In this document: piece after piece, positions 63,155 to 64,000 of the stretch
Layout of the letters: every line of letters begins with the position of its first letter
How positions within the stretch are numbered: the first letter of the stretch is position 1
Assembly (NCBI GenBank): GCA_964016885.1
Contig: OZ024740.1
Location: 205,158,001 to 205,222,000, forward strand
Reading direction: 5' to 3'
DNA length: 64,000 nucleotides
DNA from: Eledone cirrhosa
Taxonomy: Eukaryota
Translations under genes and position numbers: made by a program
The notes under the pieces: model-generated
What the model saw: only the letters and a program-made list of their open reading frames with translations
The model's database searches: none
Told to the model about the DNA's origin: nothing

Positions 63155-64000
63155 AGTGAAATAGGAGGATATTCCAGCACCGACCCTGTTTGCCATATAT
63201 ATCACAGAGAGTGATATGCAGCACATTTTGAATGCATTTTCTGATGCTTGCACTGCCCTAGGATTGACTGTCAGTCTCAAGAAAACCATTGTCATGAACC
63301 AACCTGCCCCTGGTAAGCAGTACAGTGAACCAAATATCTATGTGTATGGTAAATGACTTGGAGTGGTTGATCAGTTTGTCTACCTGGGAAGCACTGTCAA
63401 TCGATACAGCAATCTTGATAATGAAATTCTACTCAGGATTAGGAAAGCAAGTGATGCTTTCGGAAAGCTAGAAAGGCACCTCTGGAGTCGGCGAGACATA
63501 TGCAAGGAGACAAAGGTAAAGGTATACAAGGCATGTGTGCTCTCTTCTCTTCTTTATGCCTGCGAGATCTGGGTCACATATCGACACCACCTTAAACAAT
63601 TAGAGCATTTCCATCAGATGTGTCTCAGACGGATCCATGGCATTCACTGGAGGGACCACATCAGTGATGTCGAGATTTTGGAAAGCTCTCTGTGTGACAG
63701 TATAGAAGCTCTTGTGCTTAAGCAAAGGCTCCGATAGAGTGGTCACCTTGCCAGGATGAAGGATTCTAGAATACCAAAACAACTCTTTTATGGAGAGTTA
63801 GTTAAAGGAAAACGACCTCCACATAAACCAAAAAAGAGGTTTAAGGATTTGTTGAAAGCCTCTTTGAAAGACGCTAACATATCTGCTGATACATGGGAAA
63901 ACGTAGCTGCTGATTGTAATAAATGGAGAAAGATTGTACATGATGCCTTTGAGCATCTCGAATTGCATATGAGAAAGTAAAAAGGGATGAGAGGAAGGGC
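63155..64000 (+). mobile_element. RTE LINE ORF 3' region, degenerate (runs off the right edge)
   Basis: GLTVSLKKT, QFVYLGS, RIRKASDAFGKL, LSSLLYACE.W, FHQMCLRRI, RIPKQLFYGEL, KKRFKD motifs. Confidence 0.92.

Overview
Repeat-dense animal genomic DNA, most likely from an octopus (inferred from the SINE/RTE/CR1/Penelope repertoire and dense microsatellites). One host gene is recognisable: the 5' end of cystathionine beta-synthase (CBS) on the minus strand. Its heme-binding coding exon is at 4808-4945 and is missed by the ORF track; a probable in-frame upstream first exon with a CCAAT/Inr promoter lies at about 15.4-15.6 kb. The rest is mostly transposable elements: two CR1-type LINEs, several RTE LINEs, an R4/Dong-like remnant, four Penelope-like elements (PLEs), a full-length degenerate Gypsy with TSD, a full-length mariner, Tigger, hAT, piggyBac-like and Merlin-like non-autonomous elements, Helitrons, SINEs and minisatellites. 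The most notable structures are minimal type I hammerhead ribozymes. One back-to-back pair sits in a ~315-bp near-perfect palindrome inside the probable CBS intron, a third related copy is split by a Helitron, and others in or near PLE terminal repeats show a shared U-U at the base of stem II. Also notable are a Merlin-like element apparently carrying a LINE 3' end, a templated ectopic patch between RTE copies 20 kb apart, and an ORF1-ORF2 fusion in a CR1 copy. All calls were made by eye, so many boundaries are approximate.
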